Source of the DNA: a virus
Taxonomy: Duplodnaviria; Heunggongvirae; Uroviricota; Caudoviricetes
Direction: 5' to 3' (one strand)
DNA length: 54,621 nt
IMG/VR virus record: IMGVR_UViG_3300037455_000816
Numbering within the stretch: the first letter of the stretch is position 1; each line of letters starts with the position of its first letter. The notes under the pieces were generated by a model. The model did not search any database and had not been told where the DNA came from. It worked only from the letters and a program-made list of their open reading frames with translations. Of the stretch, positions 17,432-25,247 are shown in pieces. Made by a program: the position numbers and the translations under genes.

Positions 17432-18475
17432 TCAGAACGGCGTAAAATCATTATCGTCTTCTTTCGGCTCGGCCTTCTTCGGTTCAGGCTTACAACCGAA
17501 CTTAGCCACATAGTCCTCCGGAGAGAGCTTGTATTTCAACTTGAAGCCATACTTGGCCGACTCAATAGTGTCCTTATCCCAGCCCTGCTCATTGGCAATG
17601 AGACGGCGGGCAGAATTAAGCGTCTCAGAGATCTGCTTCTGAAGCTTCTCCTTCTCCTTGTCAACCTTCGGGGGTTCCGGCTTACGCATCCGATAGTTGA
17701 GCTTGACATTCGGATAGAAGCGACGGATGACAGGAGAGAAAACCTGAATGAAGCGTTTCTCAATCATGGTATATTCCTCCGGTAATACTTGCAGGATCAG
17801 AACGGTATCGTTCTCGTAAAGGTCTTCATAAACGATATTCTTGAAGACCTTGCGCATCTCATCGCCGATGGCAGCCTGACAGAGCGCAGTCTGGCAGTCG
17901 CGCCAACGCTGGCGGTCATCCTCACGCTTCTGCTTGATGCGAGTCTCCTTTTCTTCGTATTCCTGATTGATGTACTTCTGCTTCATCATGTAGATCTCAT
18001 TCTTGAAATCCTTCAAGGCACAGGTAATGACCATCGGGTCAACCTTTCCCCAGAATTTTCCGAAATGACCAATCTTGAAGCGATAGAAGAAAAGCATAAT
18101 CTCAGAGAGCTTCATGTCCTTATACTCGGCAGCGATCATACGGGCAAGGTTTTTAACCTGCTCATCATCCATATTCTTGGAACCAGAGAAAGTGTTAAGT
18201 TCGCCAATATGCTCAGCAAGCCAAGAGGCAGAGGAACCAGGGCCATAGGCAGCGTCAAGAATTGACACGGCTGACGATTCCTGCATCAATGCTGCACGTT
18301 CATCAGCACCGAAGTTAATCTGACGTACTGGGTTATACGTCACACAGAACTTCTCATAGGATGGGCAAAGGTTCCTGAAGTTGGCTGCCTTCTGCTCTAA
18401 GCTCTGACATAACTCGGACTGTTCCTTTAAGCATGTCTTCGCGGCTACGATAGCCGTTATTATTGTCTGCTCCAT
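17432..18475 (-). CDS. DUF6633-like replication accessory (putative helicase loader)
   Basis: LSEIMLFFYRFKIGHFGKFWGKVDPMVITCAL motif; follows DUF4373 initiator; 122-nt overlap makes start uncertain. Confidence 0.65.
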   Translation of the reverse strand: MEQTIITAIVAAKTCLKEQSELCQSLEQKAANFRNLCPSYEKFCVTYNPVRQINFGADERAALMQESSAVSILDAAYGPGSSASWLAEHIGELNTFSGSKNMDDEQVKNLARMIAAEYKDMKLSEIMLFFYRFKIGHFGKFWGKVDPMVITCALKDFKNEIYMMKQKYINQEYEEKETRIKQKREDDRQRWRDCQTALCQAAIGDEMRKVFKNIVYEDLYENDTVLILQVLPEEYTMIEKRFIQVFSPVIRRFYPNVKLNYRMRKPEPPKVDKEKEKLQKQISETLNSARRLIANEQGWDKDTIESAKYGFKLKYKLSPEDYVAKFGCKPEPKKAEPKEDDNDFTPF

Positions 18476-19328
18476 TGCTTCTACTGTTTTTGTTCAACAT
18501 ATTTTCCTGAATGATCATCCAATTACAAAAGTGATGCTTCGCGTCACCAAGGTTATCATGGTGCTTACAGGAAATCTTCGCTTCACCAGCCCAACGGTCA
18601 AGATATTCGTTCAGCATCTGTTCGCTGGTGCCAAGAAACTTAAAACGCATAAAGACGTGTTCCTTCCATATAGGGCTACGCCTCATTTCAGAAACTTCCG
18701 TATCGATGTCGGCGCACACCTTCGCATCGTCAGCTCCAATCTCCGGGGCTTCTTCTTCGTGTGTGTGTGGGCGCGGATAACCACACGAAGTGGGGTTATC
18801 TTTACTTTTCTTTACTTTACTTTGTGTACTTTTCGCGGAGTTTATCGGGGTTTCCTCCGAACTATCATCCGTTTCTTCTGGAAAAACTATGGTTTCTTCC
18901 GTAATAACGTGGGTTTTTTCCGAAATAACCTTATTTCCCTTTCCGTCCACAAGCAAGTAAGGCATATCTCCAGATAAACGGCGCTTGGCAGCAGTACAGA
19001 CAGCGAAGAATCGCTCCTGAATACCGTGCGAGGTAAGCACCTTATTATCGTCATACATCGTCTTGTCAAAGAGTCCGATACTGATACAGTAATTGATGAT
19101 GTCTTTTACCGTAACTTCCTCAATGCCAGTGGCTTCGAATACAACAAAGGGTATCTCTTCATCCCATTCAAGATAATAGCCAGAGGCGTATATCTGACAC
19201 AACAGATAGTGGTACACCGGTACTGCCTGAATACCCTTATAGCGTATCAGCTTACGGATCTTAATGTCCTGATAGAAATTCACATCATTGGTGAAATAAT
19301 CAAGCCCTTGCTTCTTTGGTCGTGCCAT
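18354..19328 (-). CDS. DUF4373 (Lin1244/Lin1753-like) replication initiator
   Basis: MARPKKQGLDYF...DIKIRKLIR...YLLCQIY..GYY...GLFD...VLTSHGIQERF; central 7-aa repeats. Confidence 0.85.
   Translation of the reverse strand: MARPKKQGLDYFTNDVNFYQDIKIRKLIRYKGIQAVPVYHYLLCQIYASGYYLEWDEEIPFVVFEATGIEEVTVKDIINYCISIGLFDKTMYDDNKVLTSHGIQERFFAVCTAAKRRLSGDMPYLLVDGKGNKVISEKTHVITEETIVFPEETDDSSEETPINSAKSTQSKVKKSKDNPTSCGYPRPHTHEEEAPEIGADDAKVCADIDTEVSEMRRSPIWKEHVFMRFKFLGTSEQMLNEYLDRWAGEAKISCKHHDNLGDAKHHFCNWMIIQENMLNKNSRSNGADNNNGYRSREDMLKGTVRVMSELRAEGSQLQEPLPIL
18851..18929. repeat. 21-bp-period iteron-like repeats inside the initiator gene
   Basis: Units start at 18851, 18872, 18893, 18914 (TTTCTTCCG[AT]AATAAC-like). 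Confidence 0.7.
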
Positions 19329-19821
19329 AATGGGTATTATTTAGGAATAAATGTCCGGTATTTGTAGTTTCTTCCGTAATAACGTGGGTTTCTTCCGAAA
19401 TAACTGCCGTTATTTCCGAAATAACTCCCGAAACACTATCCTTAACGAAACAGTAAGGTGCCGAAATAGCGGCACTGCAGTCAGAGTAGTCACCACCAGA
19501 GGTAACGATATAGCGGGCGGGAGGTGTCAGCACACTCCGCTCGTTAAATACCTTCCTATCCAAGAAATCAGCGTCCGTCATGCGACGGATGACCATCTTA
19601 ATGAGGTTGTCGCTGAACTCCGGGTACTCCTGGGTGATAGCAGCACGGAACTTCCGATTATACTTAGCCTCCATACCATGGGAACGGATATGCTCTAAGA
19701 TAATCAGCGATAAGCCATAACCCTTTATGCCAAATTCCTCCCTTAATGACTTAATGAGAGGGAAATTCCTGTAATTCGTGCTATGTAAGAAGCACTCATC
19801 GGCCTTCAAAGTTGTATTCAT
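19300..19821 (-). CDS. second DUF4373-like protein
   Basis: LREEFGIKGYGLSLIILEHI...FLDRKVFNERSVLT; same VISEETHVITEET repeat. Confidence 0.7.
   Translation of the reverse strand: MNTTLKADECFLHSTNYRNFPLIKSLREEFGIKGYGLSLIILEHIRSHGMEAKYNRKFRAAITQEYPEFSDNLIKMVIRRMTDADFLDRKVFNERSVLTPPARYIVTSGGDYSDCSAAISAPYCFVKDSVSGVISEITAVISEETHVITEETTNTGHLFLNNTHYGTTKEARA
19368..19425. repeat. second 21-bp-period iteron-like repeat set
   Basis: Units at 19368, 19389, 19410; 19368-19404 matches 18893-18929 at 36/37 nt. Confidence 0.7.
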
Positions 19822-19845
19822 ACCAAATCTGTTAAGAGGTTAGAC

Positions 19846-20067
19846 TTATTCCTGATCAAAGCCCTCCATGAGAACCTTCATGGCGCTTTCCTGGGCCGCG
19901 AACACGGTAGCACCGTTACGTCGCGCCTGCTCAAAGGCTTCGGCGGCATCGTCGGCCCGCTGGTCAATAAACTCCACGTCATGCTGACGCTCGTCACCAA
20001 TGTCCTGAAGATGATTCAGGAGGTACATCCCGTAATAGGATCCTTCAATACGTTTCTTTTCTTCCAT
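19846..20067 (-). CDS. DUF1896-like protein (Bacteroides conjugative-element family)
   Basis: SYYGMYLLNHL...FIDQRADDAAEAFEQARRNG...AQESAMKVLMEG. Confidence 0.7.
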   Translation of the reverse strand: MEEKKRIEGSYYGMYLLNHLQDIGDERQHDVEFIDQRADDAAEAFEQARRNGATVFAAQESAMKVLMEGFDQE

Positions 20068-20091
20068 AATGATAAAACTTAAAATGTTACA

Positions 20092-20328
20092 CTACGCAAA
20101 CTTGCTCTTACGCTCATCCTTGCTGCGGAACACAACGCTCCAGCCGACAGCCGTAAAGGCCACGAGAGCGAAGATGATCGCACCTGCGAGGATGTTGTAA
20201 TAGGGCTGGTCACCCTCCTCAGTCTCGACGAAGTTGAACAACGCCCAGGAGAGGAACAGGGTCATCAACGTGCCAATAACGGCATAAAAAAGATCTTCTT
20301 TCTTCATATCGTAAATATTATAGGTCAC
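20092..20328 (-). CDS. small membrane protein (2 TM)
   Basis: Two hydrophobic helices. Confidence 0.65.
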   Translation of the reverse strand: MTYNIYDMKKEDLFYAVIGTLMTLFLSWALFNFVETEEGDQPYYNILAGAIIFALVAFTAVGWSVVFRSKDERKSKFA

Positions 20329-20602
20329 TCACATATTTAATCTCATAGGTGAAATACGCATTAGGGTCATCCACAAAGGAGGCAGCCTGCTCCTCCTCAG
20401 TGTGCTTCACCTGCTCATCCTTGATGCAGATAAACGAGAACATCAGCGCAAGCAGCAGCACCTCTATGATATAGATGGTAAGGCGTAGCTTGTCGCTTCT
20501 GCCGTAACGGCGCAGGAGCATACCACAGGCGCACATGGTGGCCAGTATAGCCGCCATCATCCATCCGAAATGCTCACTGGCAAGATAACTGATCATGCTC
20601 AT
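20318..20602 (-). CDS. small membrane protein (2 TM; start revised to MSMISY)
   Basis: Two hydrophobic helices; start 1 nt after upstream stop. Confidence 0.65.
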   Translation of the reverse strand: MSMISYLASEHFGWMMAAILATMCACGMLLRRYGRSDKLRLTIYIIEVLLLALMFSFICIKDEQVKHTEEEQAASFVDDPNAYFTYEIKYVSDL

Positions 20603-20603
20603 G

Positions 20604-20972
20604 CTATTTCTCCTTTTCTTCCTTGTCTTCTTCGATGATACGCGGAACGAAGTGCTTCCTGCAGACACAGTTAGGATCGTGCATGAAAGACGTGCTGTAG
20701 AGCAAGTAGGTATGACCCTCATACTCATACTTGGTGAAGTGCTTATCCTGCTCCTTCGGCTCAGGAGTGATCTCACGGCTAACCTCACTGGCGATATCAT
20801 CGGAGTTGTTGATGATATAAATGAGGTTGATGATAGCTGCAAAACCGAAGACGATACTCAGGAATATCATCACGGTACCACGACCGCCAAGGCTGACAAC
20901 CTTCTTACGCCAGCCGTAACAGATGACGGCAGCGATAATCAGCAGAACGGTGAAGAGAATCTGGTGTATCAT
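20604..20972 (-). CDS. membrane protein (2 TM)
   Basis: Hydrophobic N-half; C-terminal HDPNCVC. Confidence 0.65.
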   Translation of the reverse strand: MIHQILFTVLLIIAAVICYGWRKKVVSLGGRGTVMIFLSIVFGFAAIINLIYIINNSDDIASEVSREITPEPKEQDKHFTKYEYEGHTYLLYSTSFMHDPNCVCRKHFVPRIIEEDKEEKEK

Positions 20973-21637
20973 ACGCCCCTCCTTTCCTTGAAAGCGGTTC
21001 CAACATCATTGATGCAATGCGCCGTCTGAGGATCGTCCTTGATACCAAAGCCGCCCTCTTCCTTGGTGGCGCAGTGGGAACAGAGGGTACAGCTGTCATC
21101 CACCCAGTGACACGTTCCGTGGTCGGGATGGTAGCAGGCGTTAAGCTCCGTACAGCCGCAGACACGGCAGACACCCGGTATCGGCTCTTCGAGGGCCTTG
21201 AAAAGGTCTTCCTCCTTATAGAAATAGCCGTCAAAGGCGAGGTACATCAGCTCCGGACGCACGGTGGAACCGTAGTCCATCACGAAGACACGCTTTCCCG
21301 CACCTTCCATATAGCCCGCCTCTACGTGGGAGCTATGACCGCATGGCAAGCAGAGGATGCAGGTGTCGGCATCGGACATGGCCATGAAATGATCGTCGAA
21401 ACGCTCATTGGCCTTCTTGTCCTGTAGCAGTTTGGAAAACTCCTCCGGGGTGAGCGTACCGCTCATATAAGCATCCTTGACATTATGGATGCGCGAGACG
21501 CTATCCCAGACATTCTTGTCATTACGGCCATGAGGGTGACGGAAATCGTACACCTTGTGGCCGCGCTTGCGCAGTTCCTTGACTAACGCGGGCTGGCTGC
21601 CGTTGCGCCAGCTGCTTGATACATAGATTCTTGACAT
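20969..21637 (-). CDS. nucleoside 2-deoxyribosyltransferase-like fold protein with Cys-rich C-terminal domain
   Basis: RIYVSSSWRN...GHKVYDFR...AMSDADTCILCLPCGHSSHVEAGY; C-term CRVCGC...C...C.W...LCSHC. Confidence 0.7.
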   Translation of the reverse strand: MSRIYVSSSWRNGSQPALVKELRKRGHKVYDFRHPHGRNDKNVWDSVSRIHNVKDAYMSGTLTPEEFSKLLQDKKANERFDDHFMAMSDADTCILCLPCGHSSHVEAGYMEGAGKRVFVMDYGSTVRPELMYLAFDGYFYKEEDLFKALEEPIPGVCRVCGCTELNACYHPDHGTCHWVDDSCTLCSHCATKEEGGFGIKDDPQTAHCINDVGTAFKERRGV

Positions 21638-21642
21638 ATCCT

Positions 21643-21786
21643 TTATTCTTTATCGTTATTCACATTGTCGGTGTGGAAGCGCCTGTCATTCATGTCTATC
21701 AGACGAAGAATGAGGTAGTCAACCGTGAAGGTGATGACAACCACCGCCGCGAAAGCTCCAATGATATCTATTACAGACAGCTCCAT
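21643..21786 (-). CDS. small single-TM protein (start revised to MELSV)
   Basis: 47 aa, one hydrophobic helix. Confidence 0.55.
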   Translation of the reverse strand: MELSVIDIIGAFAAVVVITFTVDYLILRLIDMNDRRFHTDNVNNDKE

Positions 21787-21799
21787 AGTCGCATGTAGT

Positions 21800-21949
21800 T
21801 TACTTATACTTCTTACGGGAATATCCGGGACTGAAATCCTCGTCACAGTGGTCAATCACATTGTGTTTGGCAGGGTCAGCCGTGCTGCAATACAGATCGC
21901 AGCTCGGTCGAAGACCACATCCGTTGCCAAGGCATCGTAAACCAGCCAT
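21800..21949 (-). CDS. small 4-Cys protein (start revised to MAGLR)
   Basis: CLGNGCGLRPSCDLY...HC; paralog of 21957-22112. Confidence 0.6.
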   Translation of the reverse strand: MAGLRCLGNGCGLRPSCDLYCSTADPAKHNVIDHCDEDFSPGYSRKKYK

Positions 21950-21956
21950 AAGCAGA

Positions 21957-22112
21957 TCACTTAGAGGGAAGGAAATCCCGATGTTCATCACCGCAGTCAT
22001 ACTGCCAGAGCCAGTTACCTTCGGGAAGGGTATTACCTTCCACGTATCTGGCACAACGCTCTCTCAGGGGGCAGCCAACGCCCTTGCAATAGTAGAAATT
22101 CTTGTTAGGCAT
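21957..22112 (-). CDS. small 4-Cys protein (51 aa; not in ORF track)
   Basis: MPNKNFYYCKGVGCPLRERCARY...YDCGDEH. Confidence 0.65.
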   Translation of the reverse strand: MPNKNFYYCKGVGCPLRERCARYVEGNTLPEGNWLWQYDCGDEHRDFLPSK

Positions 22113-22116
22113 ATCG

Positions 22117-22623
22117 TCATTTGTTTGTCGTTAGGAATAATCGGTGTACGTGATACTGCAAGGTCTCGCCGTCATAGCTCTGATCGGCATGGATGACGAA
22201 ACAGACAGTAGTGTCGAGAAAAGAGTCCTGGCGGGCTTCCGTCTTCTGCTGCTCCTTCCAGAGTCCCGGAAGGTAGCCTGTGGTAAGCTCCGTGAAGTAT
22301 TCGAGCAAGTCACCCTTCGGAACATTGGGCGACACAAAGATGATATCGTTCTGGAGGTTCTTCAGGGGTGTGTCCTTGATAAAGTCCAGCACCATCTGCT
22401 TGAGTTGGACGCGCTGGCCCACCTCCACCACATTGCAGAAGAACTCCAGTTCCTTGTCACTGTTACGCAGCAGATAGATGTTGCCGCGAGTGAGTGGGCC
22501 GGTCCACTTCTGGGTGATGTCCGTGCGGAACAGGTAATTGAGAAAATTCTTCAGGTGGTTCATATCGTTGAACCCTTTGGAATTGTCAGCCTCGTAAGTG
22601 ACCTTGTAATCATTGAAATTCAT
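22117..22623 (-). CDS. hypothetical protein
   Basis: 168 aa, operon context. Confidence 0.7.
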   Translation of the reverse strand: MNFNDYKVTYEADNSKGFNDMNHLKNFLNYLFRTDITQKWTGPLTRGNIYLLRNSDKELEFFCNVVEVGQRVQLKQMVLDFIKDTPLKNLQNDIIFVSPNVPKGDLLEYFTELTTGYLPGLWKEQQKTEARQDSFLDTTVCFVIHADQSYDGETLQYHVHRLFLTTNK

Positions 22624-22627
22624 AGGC

Positions 22628-23128
22628 TCATTCGTTATTTTTATCGGATTTGAAATCTATAAACCAGAAATACATCCCGGCGGCACAGATAACCAGCGTG
22701 ACAGTAACGGCCAGCCATGTGAGCCAGAAGAAGAGAGTGAACAACGCCATGAGCCAAGAGGCGAAGGTGGCGTAGATCAGGATGGCGTTCATGCCCTGCG
22801 GCATCCTCTTATAGAGGTATGTGCAGTTATTCGTCAGGTCGAAGACACCGCCGAAGCAGACCGCCATCAGGAACACGACGGAGAAATACTGGAACTCCGC
22901 AGGGTGCCATCCGTCACGGTGCAGGGAAATAGCGCACATCGTCAGGATGGCCACAGAGAACAAGATGAAGGAACACTTGTAGTTGCGCCGTTTGATACGA
23001 CGGATGACGGACAGGCTGTAACGACCCTTGGAACGGTCATTCTCCCTGTCAAGGACTGCGTTCAACGCGAGATAGGCAGCGCCTATCAGCGAAAGCAGCA
23101 ATACGAAAAGATAATAAACTGTAATCAT
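22628..23128 (-). CDS. integral membrane protein (~5 TM)
   Basis: Multiple hydrophobic segments. Confidence 0.7.
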   Translation of the reverse strand: MITVYYLFVLLLSLIGAAYLALNAVLDRENDRSKGRYSLSVIRRIKRRNYKCSFILFSVAILTMCAISLHRDGWHPAEFQYFSVVFLMAVCFGGVFDLTNNCTYLYKRMPQGMNAILIYATFASWLMALFTLFFWLTWLAVTVTLVICAAGMYFWFIDFKSDKNNE

Positions 23129-23274
23129 TCCTCATCGAGTTTTTCAGGATGGAAAGAGTAACAGGAAAGGTTGCCGCCACCGACACGCCACGCGATATAC
23201 TTCTCGCAGAGCTTTACGATGGTCGCATCGTCGGGAATCCGACTGACTATCTGTTTGAACTTCTTTCCGTCCAT
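23125..23274 (-). CDS. small hypothetical protein (start revised to MDGKK)
   Basis: 49 aa, ATGA overlap downstream. Confidence 0.55.
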   Translation of the reverse strand: MDGKKFKQIVSRIPDDATIVKLCEKYIAWRVGGGNLSCYSFHPEKLDEE

Positions 23275-23301
23275 TGTTACACTATGTTTAAAATTCTCTG
23301 T

Positions 23302-23376
23302 TGGTATCCCCACCGGGAATCGAACCCAGATCTACGGCTTAGGAGGCCATTGTTCTATCCATTGAACTATGAGGAC
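23302..23376 (-). tRNA. tRNA-Arg(CCT)
   Basis: Minus strand GTCCTCA..TGGATAGAAC..ATGGC-CTCCTAA-GCCGT..GGTTCGATTCC..TGGGGAT-A-CCA; full cloverleaf, encoded CCA. Confidence 0.95.
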
Positions 23377-23388
23377 AGGCAGGCCCCG

Positions 23389-23778
23389 TTAGACGGGAGC
23401 CTCCGAAAGTTCTGTTATCTGGTCACAAGCCTTCAGGATGGCAAGGGTGCTTTCGTCATCCTTGGGCAGCAAACCTACCATCACCTTGGAAATGGTGCGC
23501 TTGACCTTCTCGTTCTTACTCATGAGATCCTTTGCCGTCGAGACAACAAAGTTGCGCTCTTCGAGGGTCACACGGCGCATCTCAAGCATTACCTTCTGCT
23601 CTTCGAGCTTCACCTTCTGCCGTTCGGTCTCGGCACGGTAGAGGTTTGCCTTGGCATTGACGATCTTCAGCTGGAGGTCAACCTTGCGGAGGTCGAAATC
23701 ATTCTCCATCTTCTCGGTCTTCAGGAAATCAAGATCCTCTTCGAGGGTCTGATGCCTAACAGTTACGTCTTGATTCAT
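23389..23778 (-). CDS. coiled-coil hypothetical protein
   Basis: 129 aa, charged helical. Confidence 0.7.
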   Translation of the reverse strand: MNQDVTVRHQTLEEDLDFLKTEKMENDFDLRKVDLQLKIVNAKANLYRAETERQKVKLEEQKVMLEMRRVTLEERNFVVSTAKDLMSKNEKVKRTISKVMVGLLPKDDESTLAILKACDQITELSEAPV

Positions 23779-23870
23779 ATCTAATGAAATTTAATTATTA
23801 ATCCTATATCGATGATTCACTATGTGAGTGATGTTTAGCTGTATGGAAGCAGTTATGCAGTTATGCAGCA

Positions 23871-23933
23871 GCTGTATGATTTGCACCTTGGCGAGTAGCC
23901 TCGCCCTCACCATAAGGCGGTACAGCCCGCCCG
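23871..23933 (-). ncRNA. guide-RNA-like scaffold S5 (63 nt), 9 nt after the dCas12f-like stop
   Basis: CGGGCGGGCTGTACCGCCTTATGGTGAGGGC...CTCGCCAAGGTGCAAATCATACAGC; followed 25 nt later by a second CATACAGC (23838-23845). Confidence 0.85.
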
Positions 23934-23942
23934 GTAAAAACA

Positions 23943-25199
23943 TTATGCGTCATCTTCGTCTTCGTCTTCAGAGTTACCCTTCTTTTTCTTCTTAGGCGGG
24001 TCCTGAACCTTGATATTGTACTTATCAGCCTTGTAGTGAATCTTGTCCTTCAGGGAGTAGTACGACCAGTTGCGCAGGATGGTATGCTCTCCGCGCTCGT
24101 CGGCCTCCTTGGCCAGCTTCTCGCGGCGCTCCTGGTCAACAAGGACAATCTGGCCGCACTTGTGGCTGATGGCGATATCCACCAGCTGCTTGGCATAGGT
24201 GTGGAGCTTCGTGTCAACATAGTTGATCTCCGCATCCTCGAAACGCTTGATGGCCTGCATCTTCTTCTTGCGGCCCTTGCCGCCCTTATTATAGCGGCAG
24301 TTGGTCTGGCAGCGGCGCAAAGCCTCCTGAATCTGGCGGCGGCGGTAAAGGAACTCCTCGGCGGTGCCGATCTCAAACCACTTGATGCCGCTGTCATACT
24401 CCTTGGCCGCACGGACATCGCAGGCACAGATGATGGGGTTGGCAATACCCAGACGGGCGTAGAGAACCTTATCGGGGTCAAGCTCCACCTCCTTCTTGGG
24501 GATATCCACACAGAGATAGAGGAAGATCTTCGTGACCTTCTTGTCCTTCTTCGGGTCAAACTTCTTCTCAAAGGCAAGGGATGACGTACACATCCTGTAG
24601 CCGGTGGCCTCGCCTTCCTTACCGTCGGTGGCATCGTACTTCATCTGATTGATGATACGCTCCACGATCAGGCGGTTGCCGCTACGGTCATAGCCGAAGC
24701 GCATCTGGAATGGCACTCCCACCAGTGAGAAGAAACAACCGGTGCGCTTCTCGCCCTCGCCGTTGACATACTCGGCGAAACGGAGATTCACGAAACGCTT
24801 AGTGGCGTAGGGAACGGGCAGGGATGCCTTATAAGAACGTAAGCTGCGGTCGAACATTCCACCGTTCTTACGGTCATCCTTATACATCTTCTGCACGTTC
24901 TGGATTACAGCGGAAACCATACCCATGTCAGCCTTACCCTTGAAAAGGCGGCTGGCTAAGGCATAGACCGCGTTCTGACGGCTCACCTTATTGTCCTTGG
25001 CACCGATGAAGGTAATAACCTCACGGCTGGGCTTGTCAAGGACGGCCATAAGGTGGTCGAGACTAAACTCCGAACTGGCGCAGAGGTTGGCTACCTGCCA
25101 GGCATAGTAGCGATTCTCGTACAACTTATCGTAGTACGCCTTGCGCTGTGCCTCGTCGTTTTCGGTGACGAATACCTGAATCTTTCTTGTGATAATCAT
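23943..25199 (-). CDS. nuclease-dead TnpB/Cas12f-like RNA-guided DNA-binding protein
   Basis: MIITRKIQV N-terminus, CTSSL..KIFLYLCVDIP, RuvC-I VLYARLGI (Asp->R249), bridge helix RRRQIQ..KGGKGRKKK, RuvC-II IVLVDQ (Glu->V354), LRNWSYYSL...YKA, then ends without Zn finger or RuvC-III. Confidence 0.85.
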   Translation of the reverse strand: MIITRKIQVFVTENDEAQRKAYYDKLYENRYYAWQVANLCASSEFSLDHLMAVLDKPSREVITFIGAKDNKVSRQNAVYALASRLFKGKADMGMVSAVIQNVQKMYKDDRKNGGMFDRSLRSYKASLPVPYATKRFVNLRFAEYVNGEGEKRTGCFFSLVGVPFQMRFGYDRSGNRLIVERIINQMKYDATDGKEGEATGYRMCTSSLAFEKKFDPKKDKKVTKIFLYLCVDIPKKEVELDPDKVLYARLGIANPIICACDVRAAKEYDSGIKWFEIGTAEEFLYRRRQIQEALRRCQTNCRYNKGGKGRKKKMQAIKRFEDAEINYVDTKLHTYAKQLVDIAISHKCGQIVLVDQERREKLAKEADERGEHTILRNWSYYSLKDKIHYKADKYNIKVQDPPKKKKKGNSEDEDEDDA

Positions 25200-25247
25200 A
25201 CTTGAATGGTTTTAAAATTGTTGATACTGATGTAATTTCCTGCCGGT

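Noticed and set aside
22060-22075. Apparent frameshift in a G-run of the small Cys protein
   Set aside because: Recount gives five G, so the ORF 21957-22112 is intact
23943-25199. Active IS200/IS605 transposon or active Cas12f nuclease
   Set aside because: No tnpA or IS-end hairpins recognised; RuvC-I/II acidic residues are substituted and RuvC-III is absent
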